From the NCBI GenBank assembly GCA_037444405.1, contig JBBIML010000012.1:32001-96000 (forward strand): DNA of 64,000 nucleotides, given 5' to 3'. The notes beneath the pieces are model-generated. The model was not told the origin of the DNA and did no database searches. It saw only the letters and a list, made by a program, of their open reading frames with translations. The position numbers and the translations under genes were made by a program. Position 1 is the stretch's first letter, and each line of letters begins with the position of its first letter. The DNA comes from Armatimonadota bacterium. GTDB lineage: Bacteria > Armatimonadota > Fimbriimonadia > Fimbriimonadales > GBS-DC. Of this stretch, positions 28,326 to 37,976 are shown in pieces.

Positions 28326-29600
28326 TCAACACCCATCGCCGAAATTGAACAGCACCGTCAGCAGGTCGGCGTCGTCCACGATGCCGTCTTTATTGATGTC
28401 CTCGTGTCGAGTGGGTGGGCTGCCTGTGGTGCCAAACGCGAACAGTACGGCTAACAGGTCGGCGTCATCGATGCAGCCGTCGCCGTTGGTGTCGCCCGTG
28501 CGCCAGGTATCCAGCAGGAACGCCTCGTCAAACTGGGAAGTGGCATTATAGCCCCAGCCGACGATATAGCGTCCATCAGGCGAGATGGCGGTTGCCTCCC
28601 ACAGCTCGGAGCCGTTCGTCAGCAGGTCGGCATAGGTCAGCTCGAGGTTCTCCATTCCGCCCGTGATTGTCCAGCGAAACGCCCGCCACCGGTTGGCGCT
28701 ATTGCGCGACCTGCCCACGATAATCGCGCCGTCGGGGGAGATGTTGCGTGCTTCTGCTTCTCGTCCGCCCAGCGTGCCGAGGTCCTGCATGCCTGTCTCC
28801 GCCGTCCAACGGAAGGCACGCCACCGCCCGCTGCTGTCGCGCGACCTGCCAGCGACAACCTGTCCAGACGCGCTGGCGTCATGCGCCTCGCTCCATGTGC
28901 CGCCCAGCGTGCCGAGGTCCTGCATGCCTGTCTCCGCCGTCCAGAGAAAGGCGCGCCATTGGCTCGCGGCGTTGCGGGCGCGTCCCACGATGGCTGCACC
29001 GTCGGGCGAGATTGCGAAGGCTTCGCTGGAGGTGCCCCCCGCCAGCGTGCCCAGCTCCTCTATCTGCCCGTCGGGCAGCCAGCGCACCGCCCGCGACAGA
29101 CCCGCGCTGTTGGCAGACCAGCCGACAATGATAGAGCCGTCCGCCGAAATGTCCGCGGCGGCTGCCCACTGACCACCTGGCAGGGTACCGAGGTCCTCCA
29201 GCCCCGTCGCCTCGGTCCAGCGAAAGGCGCGCATCCGATCCTGACTGTCCACCGAGTATCCGACCATGACGGCGCCATCCCATGAGACTCCGTACGCCTC
29301 GGTGCTGACCCCGCCGAAGGTGCCAGGGTCACGCATACCCTCATCGCGCGTCCAGCGAAATGCCCGGAACAGGGGCGGAGCCGATACCCAGCCAACCACC
29401 ACTGAACCATCCGCCGAGACATCCCATGCCCCGCTCTGGAAACCGTCTGGCAAAACACCCAGCCAGAGCAGCTGCTGGGCGCTCGCCGGGAGTATGACCA
29501 GGCTTAAGCAGATTACAGTCGTCCCGTGTCGCAATCGGCTGAATGCCCCGGTTTTGCCGCAGCTCACCCGGGCAGTCCCCAGAATCCATGCACACCTCAT
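28326..29600 (-). CDS. Secreted HAF-repeat protein with dockerin-like tail
   Basis: Signal ending ASA-QQ; six RA(F/V)(R/L)W repeats plus a final one; DTWRTGDTNGDGCIDD...FGDGC. Confidence 0.85.
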   Translation of the reverse strand: MRCAWILGTARVSCGKTGAFSRLRHGTTVICLSLVILPASAQQLLWLGVLPDGFQSGAWDVSADGSVVVGWVSAPPLFRAFRWTRDEGMRDPGTFGGVSTEAYGVSWDGAVMVGYSVDSQDRMRAFRWTEATGLEDLGTLPGGQWAAAADISADGSIIVGWSANSAGLSRAVRWLPDGQIEELGTLAGGTSSEAFAISPDGAAIVGRARNAASQWRAFLWTAETGMQDLGTLGGTWSEAHDASASGQVVAGRSRDSSGRWRAFRWTAETGMQDLGTLGGREAEARNISPDGAIIVGRSRNSANRWRAFRWTITGGMENLELTYADLLTNGSELWEATAISPDGRYIVGWGYNATSQFDEAFLLDTWRTGDTNGDGCIDDADLLAVLFAFGTTGSPPTRHEDINKDGIVDDADLLTVLFNFGDGC

Positions 29601-29733
29601 TGTGAGCCTCCTTCCGTGGGGCGGCTGATGTCCACCCCGTCTCTATCATTATACGCCCGATTTTGCGAATCTCCTGCATTAATCCGGGCACGAGTTGCAG
29701 GAACTTCATGCGTGGGGCGCGAATCTAAAAAGT

Positions 29734-30768
29734 ATGCCTGTGGTGCTGAAGCGTGCAGAATCGGCGGTGCCAGCGCTGGCGTTTCGGGAGCTGGTGGGGG
29801 TTGACCTGCGGGATCGGGCGCGGATTCGACGCCTGATTCCGCGTGCAGGTCAGCCGTGGCGCTCGGTGCCGCCTGTGAACGCCTACGAGCTGGAAGCCCG
29901 CTGTGAGTGGCTCAGCCGGCGCAGTATCAAAAAAGAGGGCAAGCTGTTCGCCCTGCGGCTTGCCGTGTCCATGTGCGATCTGACGACGCTGGAGGGTCAG
30001 GACACGGTGGAGAAGGTGCGTCGGCTGTGCGCCCGCGCCGCGAACCCTTACACCCCGCGCGAGGGCATGCCGCCGCAGGAGGTCGCCCGCGTGCCCCATG
30101 TGGCGGCGGTGTGCGTCTATCCGCCCTTTATCGCGGTTGCCAAAGAGGCGCTGCAGGGCACAGGCGTGAAGGTGGCAGCCGTCGGCACCGCGTTCCCGTC
30201 GGGGCAGTACCCCTTCCGCCTGCGCCTCGCCGATGTCAAATGGGCGATTCGCGAAGGCGCCGATGAGATCGACATGGTCATCAATCGCGGGCTGTTCCTG
30301 CAGGGCGAGTATCGGCGCGTGTTCGACGAAATCGCCCGCATCAAGGACGCCTGCGGCGAGCGCGTCCACCTGAAGGTGATACTGGAGACGGGCGAGCTGG
30401 GCAGCTACGACAACATCCGCAAAGCCGCCCACATCGCGCTGATGGCGGGCGCCGACTTCATCAAGACCAGCACGGGCAAGATTCAGCCCGCCGCCACACT
30501 GCCCGCCACGCTGGTGATGCTGGAAGCCATTCGCGACTTCTATGACGCCACTGGACGCGCCGTCGGCATGAAGCCTGCAGGCGGGATCCGCACCGCCAAA
30601 GACGCCATCCGCTACCTGGTGCTTCTGCACGAAACGCTCGGAGCCGACTGGCTCACGCCCGAACGGTTCCGATTCGGCGCCAGCGCCCTGCTGAACGACC
30701 TGCTGGCGCAGATTGTGAAGCAGATCACGGGCGCCTACCGCGCCGCCGACGAATTCTCCTGTGACTGA
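29734..30768 (+). CDS. deoC: Deoxyribose-phosphate aldolase
   Basis: DLTTL, AAVCVYP, GADEIDMV, LKVILETGEL, GADFIKTSTGK, KPAGGIR, RFGAS. Confidence 0.95.
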   Translation: MPVVLKRAESAVPALAFRELVGVDLRDRARIRRLIPRAGQPWRSVPPVNAYELEARCEWLSRRSIKKEGKLFALRLAVSMCDLTTLEGQDTVEKVRRLCARAANPYTPREGMPPQEVARVPHVAAVCVYPPFIAVAKEALQGTGVKVAAVGTAFPSGQYPFRLRLADVKWAIREGADEIDMVINRGLFLQGEYRRVFDEIARIKDACGERVHLKVILETGELGSYDNIRKAAHIALMAGADFIKTSTGKIQPAATLPATLVMLEAIRDFYDATGRAVGMKPAGGIRTAKDAIRYLVLLHETLGADWLTPERFRFGASALLNDLLAQIVKQITGAYRAADEFSCD

Positions 30769-30792
30769 CCACCAGAGGGCAGGTGAACGAAC

Positions 30793-31557
30793 ATGACAGG
30801 GCAAACGGGCAAGGTGCTGATAGAGGTCGATCTCTCCGATCTGGTTCTGCCGCCAACGGACTTGCCTGAGGAGGACGACACCCCGATAGAGACTGCATGG
30901 CATCGAGTGCAAACGGATTTGCTCATCGAGTCGCTGCTTTACTACTGGCGCGATCGGAACGACTTTTTCGTGGATGGCAACATGTTTCTCTATTACAGCA
31001 CGGAGCAGGCGCAAAGCATTCTGGAAAACCGCCCCGCCTACAAGGGACCCGACTTCTTCGTGGTGAAGGACATCGACGGCAGCCAGCCGCGCGACAAGTG
31101 GATGGTGTGGGCGGAAGGTGGTCGCTACCCGGACCTGATTATCGAGTTCCTGTCGCCCACCACCGCCGAGCGCGATAAAACCGAGAAGAAACGGCTCTAC
31201 GAGCAGGTGTTCGGCACCGAGGAGTATTTTTGGTACGATCCGCTCACGCGCGAGCTGGTGGGCTTCGAGCTGGTGCGCGGACATTACGAGCCAAAGCAGC
31301 CGAACGAGCGCGGCTGGCTCTGGAGCGAGGTGCTGGAGGCATGGCTGGGCATCTGGGAAGGCGAATATCAGCGTCGACAGCTGGCATGGCTGCGGATGTA
31401 TGATCGGGAGGGCAACCTTGTGCCCACGCCCGCCGAAGCCGCCCAGCAGATAGCCGAAGCTGAGCGCCAGCGTGCCGAACGCGCCGAAGCCGAACTCCAG
31501 CGACTCAAAGCCCTGCTCCAGCAGCAGGGAATCGCTATCGAGGAACACAATGACTGA
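30793..31557 (+). CDS. Uma2 (DUF820) family putative endonuclease
   Basis: ET..H, GPDFFVV, PDLIIEFLSPTT..RD, EYFWYDP, ERQRAERAE tail. Confidence 0.88.
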   Translation: MTGQTGKVLIEVDLSDLVLPPTDLPEEDDTPIETAWHRVQTDLLIESLLYYWRDRNDFFVDGNMFLYYSTEQAQSILENRPAYKGPDFFVVKDIDGSQPRDKWMVWAEGGRYPDLIIEFLSPTTAERDKTEKKRLYEQVFGTEEYFWYDPLTRELVGFELVRGHYEPKQPNERGWLWSEVLEAWLGIWEGEYQRRQLAWLRMYDREGNLVPTPAEAAQQIAEAERQRAERAEAELQRLKALLQQQGIAIEEHND

Positions 31558-31650
31558 CCATCCAGTCAAAAATGCTGGCTCCGTCAGGCAGGAGAAGCAT
31601 CCTGCGCGGTGTATAATAGAGTGACATACTCACTGCGGAGGTTGACAACG

Positions 31651-32559
31651 ATGAGGCAGAGCAATCAGTGCAAAGGCTTTACTTTGATCGAGCTGCTGGT
31701 CGTGATCGCAATTATTGCGATATTGGCGGCGATCCTGTTCCCGGTGTTTGCCCAGGCGCGCGAAAAGGCGCGCCAGACCCAGTGCATGAACAACCTGAAA
31801 CAGATGGCAATCGCCACGCTGGGCTATATCCAGGACTATGACGAGAAGTTCCCGATGGCGGTCTATGCACCTGCCTATGGTGGAAGCAATGTGCCAGCCA
31901 ACCAGCCCTGTGCCTTCACCCTGTTTGATGCCATCTTGCCCTATGTCAAGAACTACGATATCGTTAAGTGCCCGTCCGAACCCAACGCGCTGTACCTCAA
32001 CGCTGGCTTTCGAACCGTTATGAACGGCATGCCAACCTGCAATTTGCCAGAAACCGTGAGCTATATGTTCAACTATGACCTGCTGCCACCGGGTCGAACA
32101 CCGCTTGGCGCTGGCTCGATCAGTAAGGGCACGGTCGCCCTCGCTGAGATTCCCTATGTGGCGGAGACCACCATCAATCTGGAGGCGGATATTGGCTTAT
32201 CGGGAAGCTGCGCCCTGATGAAGCGCAAACCTACTGATAGCGGGATTAACTTCCCGATCCCAGTGCGGGCACGCCATAACGAAATGATACAGGTGAACTA
32301 CGCTGACGGTCATGCAAAAGCGGTCAAGGGGCGCAAGTATGCAGGCACGGATTGCTATTATCTCTATCCTGGTACCAATGCCAATCCGCCATTCATTGCT
32401 CGTGACAACCCCAAGCTGTGGTGTGTTGGATCAGGTCCCTACTTGCGCCCGTGTGATTATGCGCCGAACTCGAACCCCTATGCCATCTGCCGCCCCTACA
32501 TGGAAGGGATTATCGATCAGGATCAGTACGGGCTGTGCTATCGATACATTCGGCTGTGA
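31651..32559 (+). CDS. Prepilin-type N-terminal cleavage/methylation protein with H-X9-DG motif (DUF1559-like)
   Basis: [46 protein letters not shown]. Confidence 0.9.
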   Translation: MRQSNQCKGFTLIELLVVIAIIAILAAILFPVFAQAREKARQTQCMNNLKQMAIATLGYIQDYDEKFPMAVYAPAYGGSNVPANQPCAFTLFDAILPYVKNYDIVKCPSEPNALYLNAGFRTVMNGMPTCNLPETVSYMFNYDLLPPGRTPLGAGSISKGTVALAEIPYVAETTINLEADIGLSGSCALMKRKPTDSGINFPIPVRARHNEMIQVNYADGHAKAVKGRKYAGTDCYYLYPGTNANPPFIARDNPKLWCVGSGPYLRPCDYAPNSNPYAICRPYMEGIIDQDQYGLCYRYIRL

Positions 32560-32565
32560 ACCTGC

Positions 32566-33876
32566 ATGACGCTCACGGTTCGCGCGTGGATATTGCTAAG
32601 TGTGGGCGGGCTGATTTCCCTGCTGGGGGTCGCCCGCCCGCCGTTGTTGGTGTGGGTCGTGCCATATGATCTGGTGGTGGCGGCGCTGATTGTTGCCGAT
32701 GCACTGCTGTTGCCGCGCGCGGCTCGCTTTCGGGCGGCGCGCCTGCACGAGGCGGTGCTGTCGCTGGGTACGGCGAACCGCATCGAGTTGACGCTGAGCG
32801 CGGCAATATCCCGACCGTTGCGCGTGCGCCTGCGCGACGAGCCGCCCCCTGATTGCACTTTCGACCGTCGCGAGTTCGATCTGGTGCTGATGCCCGACAC
32901 GCCCGCGCAGGTTGCGTATCATCTCACGCCACTCTATCGGGGCGAGGCGCGGTTTGAGGATGTGTTCCTGCGTGTAGAAGGTTGGCTGGGGCTGGTGTAC
33001 GGCTTCTATCGGCTGCCCGCCCGCGAGCGCGTGCCCATCTACCCCAATCTATTGCAGCTGCGCGAGTATGAGCTTTTGCGCCATCGCGGGCTGCTGCGTC
33101 AGATGGGTTTCCGCCAGACGCGCCTGCGTGGGCTGGGCACCGAGTTCGAATCGCTGCGCGAATACACCATCGACGACGAGTTCCGCCGCATCGACTGGAA
33201 GGCGACCGCGCGACGCGGCAAGCCCATCGTGCGCGACTATCAGATCGAGCGCAGCCAGAATGTGATTTTGCTGTTCGATGCGGGGCGCAACATGCTGGCG
33301 GAGGTGGAGGGCATGCGCAAGTTCGATGCGGTGCTGAACACGGGGCTGATGCTGGCATATGTGGCGACGCAGATGGACGATAAGGTGGGCACGCTGGTGT
33401 TCGCTGACGAGGTGGAGCGGTTCCTGCCGCCCCAGCGTGGACGCGCCCAGCTCGCGCAACTGGTGCATGCCCTGCATGCTGTCCAGCCCCGCATGGTGGA
33501 AGCGGATTACATATATGCCATCACCTATTTAGCCCAGCGGTGGCGCAAGCGCTCGCTGATGGTCATCTTCACCGATTTGATAGACCCTGACGCCTCGCGC
33601 GTGTTGTTGCACGCGCTGGCAGGGCTGGCAAAACAGCATCTGTGCGTGTGCGTGACGGTGTCTGACCCGCGCCTGCACGCCTGGAGCCGCCTGACGCCAC
33701 AGTCGGCGGATCAGCTCTATCGGCGGGCGATTGCGACGCAGGTGCTGACCGATCGGCTGGCGGCGGCGCGCACGCTGGAGCGGATGGGCGTGTCCACCAT
33801 CGATGCCGAACCTGACACGCTGGTGCCCGCACTGGTCAACTTCTACCTGCAGGCGAAGGCGCGGGGCGTGCTATGA
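32566..33876 (+). CDS. DUF58 domain protein (MoxR-associated, VWA-like)
   Basis: GTEFESLREY..D..RRIDWKATAR. Confidence 0.88.
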   Translation: MTLTVRAWILLSVGGLISLLGVARPPLLVWVVPYDLVVAALIVADALLLPRAARFRAARLHEAVLSLGTANRIELTLSAAISRPLRVRLRDEPPPDCTFDRREFDLVLMPDTPAQVAYHLTPLYRGEARFEDVFLRVEGWLGLVYGFYRLPARERVPIYPNLLQLREYELLRHRGLLRQMGFRQTRLRGLGTEFESLREYTIDDEFRRIDWKATARRGKPIVRDYQIERSQNVILLFDAGRNMLAEVEGMRKFDAVLNTGLMLAYVATQMDDKVGTLVFADEVERFLPPQRGRAQLAQLVHALHAVQPRMVEADYIYAITYLAQRWRKRSLMVIFTDLIDPDASRVLLHALAGLAKQHLCVCVTVSDPRLHAWSRLTPQSADQLYRRAIATQVLTDRLAAARTLERMGVSTIDAEPDTLVPALVNFYLQAKARGVL

Positions 33877-34530
33877 GCCGCGAAACACCCGCGCCAGCGC
33901 CTTCTCATGTTCAATCGGCACGAGCGCGATGACGGTGTCGCCCGGCTGCAAAATCAGGTTGGCAAGCCCCAGCGTCAGCTGACCGTTGCGAATGACTGCT
34001 GCCAGCATCGTCTTGGGCGGCAGCTCGATCTCACCGATTGCCCTGCCCGCAACGGGCGATTCGGGCGTGACCTCCGCCTCGATCACCTCAATCTGTCCGC
34101 GCATCACCGCGCCAATCGGCAGCACCTCGCCGACCTCCACCTCCTGCTCCAACAGGTTGAACACGAAGCGCGTGCTGCATACCGTTTCGTGGATGCCCAG
34201 TCGGAAGAAGATGGCTTCGTGGCGCGGGTCGCGCACGATTGACAGCACGCGGGGAACCTTGAAGAAGTTCTTGGCGAGCTGACAGATGATGAGGTTGTCC
34301 TCATCGTCGCCTGTGGCGGCGACCACCACATCGGCGCGACGGGCGCCTGCCTCACTCAACACGCGCACCTCACAGGCGTCCCCGTACATCACCCGGTCGG
34401 ACAGCTCGTCGCTGAGTTCTGCCGCACGCCGTCGATTCTTTTCTATCACCAACACCTCATAGCCGTGCTGGTGGAGTGCCTTGGTCAGATGGTAGCCGAT
34501 GTCGCCTCCACCGGCGATAATCACATACAT
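33871..34530 (-). CDS. trkA: TrkA-family potassium uptake regulatory subunit
   Basis: IAGGGDIG Rossmann motif, GDA, ATGDDEDN, C-terminal RCK-C; start MYVII at 34530 after GAGGTG. Confidence 0.85.
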   Translation of the reverse strand: MYVIIAGGGDIGYHLTKALHQHGYEVLVIEKNRRRAAELSDELSDRVMYGDACEVRVLSEAGARRADVVVAATGDDEDNLIICQLAKNFFKVPRVLSIVRDPRHEAIFFRLGIHETVCSTRFVFNLLEQEVEVGEVLPIGAVMRGQIEVIEAEVTPESPVAGRAIGEIELPPKTMLAAVIRNGQLTLGLANLILQPGDTVIALVPIEHEKALARVFRGS

Positions 34531-34596
34531 AGCCGTCACCTCGTTGCGCCAGTAGACTTGGGCATCCTGCCCAAACCAATAGTATAGCATGCCGAC

Positions 34597-35316
34597 TCAC
34601 AGTTCGAAGGTCTCCCCGAAGTAGTATTTGCGGGCGAGCGGGTTGGCAATCACCTCTTCGGGCGTGCCCTGCGCCACGATGATGCCGTCCGCCAAGATGT
34701 AGCTGCGGTCGGTGATGCGCAGCGTCGCGCTCACATTATGGTCGGTGATGAGAATGCCGATGCCGCGTCGGCGCAGCTCCAGCACAATCTGTTGCAGTTC
34801 CTCGATGGTTTTGGGGTCGATGCCAGTGAACGGTTCATCGAGCAGCAGGAAGGCGGGTTGCAGGGCGAGTGCGCGGGCGATTTCGACACGGCGTCGTTCG
34901 CCACCCGACAGCGCATTGCCGCGCTGATGGCGCAGGTGCGCGATATGGAACTCCTCCATCAGCTGCTCGGCGCGGGCGCGTCGCTCGGCGGGCGGCACAC
35001 CGTTCATCTCCAGCACCAGATGCAGGTTCTGCTCAACGGTCAAAAATCGGAACACGGACGGCTCCTGGGGCAGGTAGCCGATGCCGAGCCGTGCGCGCTG
35101 ATACATTGGCAGGCGCGTGATCTCGCGCTCGCCCAGAAACACCCGCCCCTCATTCGGGCGCACCAGCCCCACCATCATATAGAAGGTGGTCGTCTTGCCC
35201 GCGCCGTTGGGTCCCAGCAGTCCCACAATCTCGCCAGGGGCGACCTCCAGCGAGACCTCACGCACCACCGGCTTCTTGCGGTACGATTTTTTCAGTCGCT
35301 CCGCCCGCAGAGTCAT
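34597..35316 (-). CDS. lptB: LPS export ABC transporter ATP-binding protein
   Basis: [53 protein letters not shown]. Confidence 0.93.
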   Translation of the reverse strand: MTLRAERLKKSYRKKPVVREVSLEVAPGEIVGLLGPNGAGKTTTFYMMVGLVRPNEGRVFLGEREITRLPMYQRARLGIGYLPQEPSVFRFLTVEQNLHLVLEMNGVPPAERRARAEQLMEEFHIAHLRHQRGNALSGGERRRVEIARALALQPAFLLLDEPFTGIDPKTIEELQQIVLELRRRGIGILITDHNVSATLRITDRSYILADGIIVAQGTPEEVIANPLARKYYFGETFEL

Positions 35317-35345
35317 TCCGTGTGAAGAAGTGTACCTGAAAAGTT

Positions 35346-35879
35346 TCAGCGGGTGTGGCTGTAGGGCGCATCCTTCAGGCGAAGTCGGGTGCGATTGCCG
35401 TTCAGCTCGGCTGTCAGCTCCACATCGGCGGGTTTTGCGCCCTTTGGCAGCCGCACGCGCCAGCCGTTGCTGCCCACTCGCTCCACCTTCAGCGATTGGC
35501 GCTTGACCGACGCCTTCAGCCGCGCCCGCGCCGGCGAAATCTCGCCTTCCAGCTCGCCCGTGCGCTCCCTTGTCCAGACAATATATGCCTCTTTGCGGCT
35601 GATCGCCCGCATATAGGCGACCATCGCCTCCAGCTCCTCGCGGCTCAGCGTATCGGCGCCAGGCATAATCTTCACAATCTCTTTTAGCTCCGATTCGTTG
35701 CGGTACTTTTTCTCGAACTGCGCCTCAAACAGGGAGCCTTCCCTGCCATGGCAGGCGGAACAGCGGCGGTTGAAGAGGCTCACCGTCTCCACAGGGGCTG
35801 GTCGGGACGAACTTATCGCCAGACCGGCAATACCAATCAACAGCCCTACCAGCACGACACTAACGACCCTCCACATCAT
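35346..35879 (-). CDS. Exported c-type cytochrome
   Basis: Signal/TM segment, CSACH heme motif, downstream MP ligand. Confidence 0.8.
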   Translation of the reverse strand: MMWRVVSVVLVGLLIGIAGLAISSSRPAPVETVSLFNRRCSACHGREGSLFEAQFEKKYRNESELKEIVKIMPGADTLSREELEAMVAYMRAISRKEAYIVWTRERTGELEGEISPARARLKASVKRQSLKVERVGSNGWRVRLPKGAKPADVELTAELNGNRTRLRLKDAPYSHTR

Positions 35880-37104
35880 TACCTCCTGCCCATGAGATTC
35901 GGTAGATACGCCCGGTCATATCGCAGCTGAACAGCACCGAGCCGTCGGGCGCCTCGGCACAGTCCACGGGACGCGCCAGCACCCGCAAATCGGGCGTGAT
36001 GGTTTTGACAATTGTCAGGCTGCCGTATGGCTTGCCCGTTACATCGTCGAACAGCACCCGCTCAATACGATACCCGTCGGGGACACGGCGGTTCCACGAG
36101 CCGTGGCAGGCGGCGAACAGGTCGCCTTTGTGGCGCGGGAAGTGATCCCGCGTCAGAAAGCAGAAGCCGTTCACCGCCCAGTGCGCACCGAACGCCCATG
36201 CGGGCGGCTCCGCACGGTCGGCTAACTCCAGAATATCTTTGCGACGCTGATACTCGATACGAGGCAACTTCGATGCCACGATGAACGGATGCCCATAGAA
36301 CTTGCCCTGTTGATAGTGATTGAGTTCATCGGGGGGATTGTAATCGGTGATGGGCTGGAATCCGACGCGGTCGCCCAGCGGTCTGCCGAACCAGTCGCTG
36401 CCGTGATCCGCGCCCCAGATTTCGGCGGTGCCAGGGCGCAGGCGCAACTTCTCCGTGTTGCGGATGCCACTGGCAAACAGCGTCTTGCCCGTGCCGTCTT
36501 TGTTGAATCGCCAGATTTTCTGGCGTTCGGTGGCGGTCTCATCGGTGATATTGCCTGAATCGCCGATGCTGGTGTAGAGATATTTGTCCGTGACGAGAAT
36601 GGAGCGCCACCAGTGCCCGCCGCCTCTTGGCAGTTTGCCTTCCGGAATGACGGTTATCACCTCGTCGGCTTTGCCGTCGCCGTCGCGGTCGCGGGCTTTA
36701 TGAATCGCGCCCGTTTGCGTGAACCAGAGCCAGCCGTCGGCGAACTGCATGCCATGCACCGTCGGATAGCCTTTGACGAAGGTGTTGACCACGCGGTAGC
36801 GGTTGCCCTGCGGGCGCAGGGCGAGAATATCGCCCTCCTGCGGACGGCTCACATAGAGCGTGCCCCGATCATCAAACTCCAGAAAGCGGGCGTTCTCGAT
36901 GCCATCGGCAACCAGATCGACGCGATAGCCCGGCCGCACCCAGAACTCGGGCACGCCCGGTCCACGAATTCCCTGTCTGGCAGGGGCAGGTCGGGCGCCA
37001 GGCGATCCGCCACGCGCCGGATTCCGCTGTGCCGTGAGGCAACCGACTATCAGCAATAATCCTGCCACGCCAACACCGGTAGCAACATGCTTGCTCATCA
37101 TCAC
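35860..37104 (-). CDS. Glucose/sorbosone dehydrogenase family (PQQ-dependent) protein
   Basis: FA.G.RN, PPDELN, FYGHP, HGSWNR, RPVD...PDGS; paired with the cytochrome c gene. Confidence 0.85.
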   Translation of the reverse strand: MMMSKHVATGVGVAGLLLIVGCLTAQRNPARGGSPGARPAPARQGIRGPGVPEFWVRPGYRVDLVADGIENARFLEFDDRGTLYVSRPQEGDILALRPQGNRYRVVNTFVKGYPTVHGMQFADGWLWFTQTGAIHKARDRDGDGKADEVITVIPEGKLPRGGGHWWRSILVTDKYLYTSIGDSGNITDETATERQKIWRFNKDGTGKTLFASGIRNTEKLRLRPGTAEIWGADHGSDWFGRPLGDRVGFQPITDYNPPDELNHYQQGKFYGHPFIVASKLPRIEYQRRKDILELADRAEPPAWAFGAHWAVNGFCFLTRDHFPRHKGDLFAACHGSWNRRVPDGYRIERVLFDDVTGKPYGSLTIVKTITPDLRVLARPVDCAEAPDGSVLFSCDMTGRIYRISWAGGNDVEGR

Positions 37105-37148
37105 AGATTCTACTCCCTCAGGCGCCGCGAGGGTATAATCGATCTGAC

Positions 37149-37970
37149 ATGCTGATTATTGACACGGGCAAAATCGCGAAACGGCTCCAGAGCGTGATGG
37201 ACGCCCACGCCGCAGAAGTGCTGGCTGAGGTATTCGCGGAAACCATCCAGCACGCTTTTGAGCAGGATATTACCCGGCGGTTGGATGCTATCCAGCGTGA
37301 GCTGGCAGAGCAGCGCACCCAGACCGACCAGCGCTTCGCTGTTGTGCTGGAGGAGCTGCGCCTGCAGCGCCAGCACACAGAAGAGCAGATTAGCCTTGTA
37401 CGGGGAGAGGTTGCTGAGCTGCGGCGTCATACTGACGCGCAGTTAGAGGCTTTACGCCAGCAGACCGAGGCGCAGATTCAGGCGGTGCGGGAGGAAATTG
37501 CTGAGCTGCGGCGTCATACTGACGCGCAGTTTAGGGACCTGCGTGAGCAGTTAGGTGGGCTTGGGATAACCGTTGGATACGCGCTGGAAGACCTCGCCTA
37601 CAATTACCTGCCCGACCTGCTGCGGCAAGATTACGGCATCGAGCTGACGGAGGGGCTGATACGAACCTTCGTCAGGGATGCTCAGGGCAACTATCTGGAG
37701 GTCAATATCTGGGGCGCGGCGCGGCGCAACGGTCAAACGCTGCAGATTGTTGGGGAAGCCAAATCGCAACTCTCTAAACGAGCGATTGACAATTTTCTCA
37801 GGGCACGGGTACAACGATTGAGCCGTGTCTACCCCAATCTGTTCCCTGTGATGGTCGCCTACATGATCAGCGAACCTGATGTATTCGAGTATGCCCAGCA
37901 GAAGGGCGTTGCGCTCTACATGTCCTACCAGTTCCAGCCTCGTCGGCATCCCTTCCTGCCGTCTACCTGA
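37149..37970 (+). CDS. Coiled-coil protein with C-terminal PD-(D/E)xK-like domain
   Basis: Heptad-rich N-half with duplicated AELRRHTDAQ; GYALED, EVNIWG, VGEAK. Confidence 0.6.
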   Translation: MLIIDTGKIAKRLQSVMDAHAAEVLAEVFAETIQHAFEQDITRRLDAIQRELAEQRTQTDQRFAVVLEELRLQRQHTEEQISLVRGEVAELRRHTDAQLEALRQQTEAQIQAVREEIAELRRHTDAQFRDLREQLGGLGITVGYALEDLAYNYLPDLLRQDYGIELTEGLIRTFVRDAQGNYLEVNIWGAARRNGQTLQIVGEAKSQLSKRAIDNFLRARVQRLSRVYPNLFPVMVAYMISEPDVFEYAQQKGVALYMSYQFQPRRHPFLPST

Positions 37971-37976
37971 AACGCT

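Noticed and set aside
27511..31557. MTase plus Uma2 nuclease as a restriction-modification pair
   Set aside because: They are separated by two unrelated genes, and Uma2 proteins are typically stand-alone multicopy paralogs.
29725..31569. 614-aa minus-strand ORF (likewise 10777-12516, 48744-50156, 55218-56513)
   Set aside because: Each lies antisense to well-supported genes and has shadow-ORF composition.
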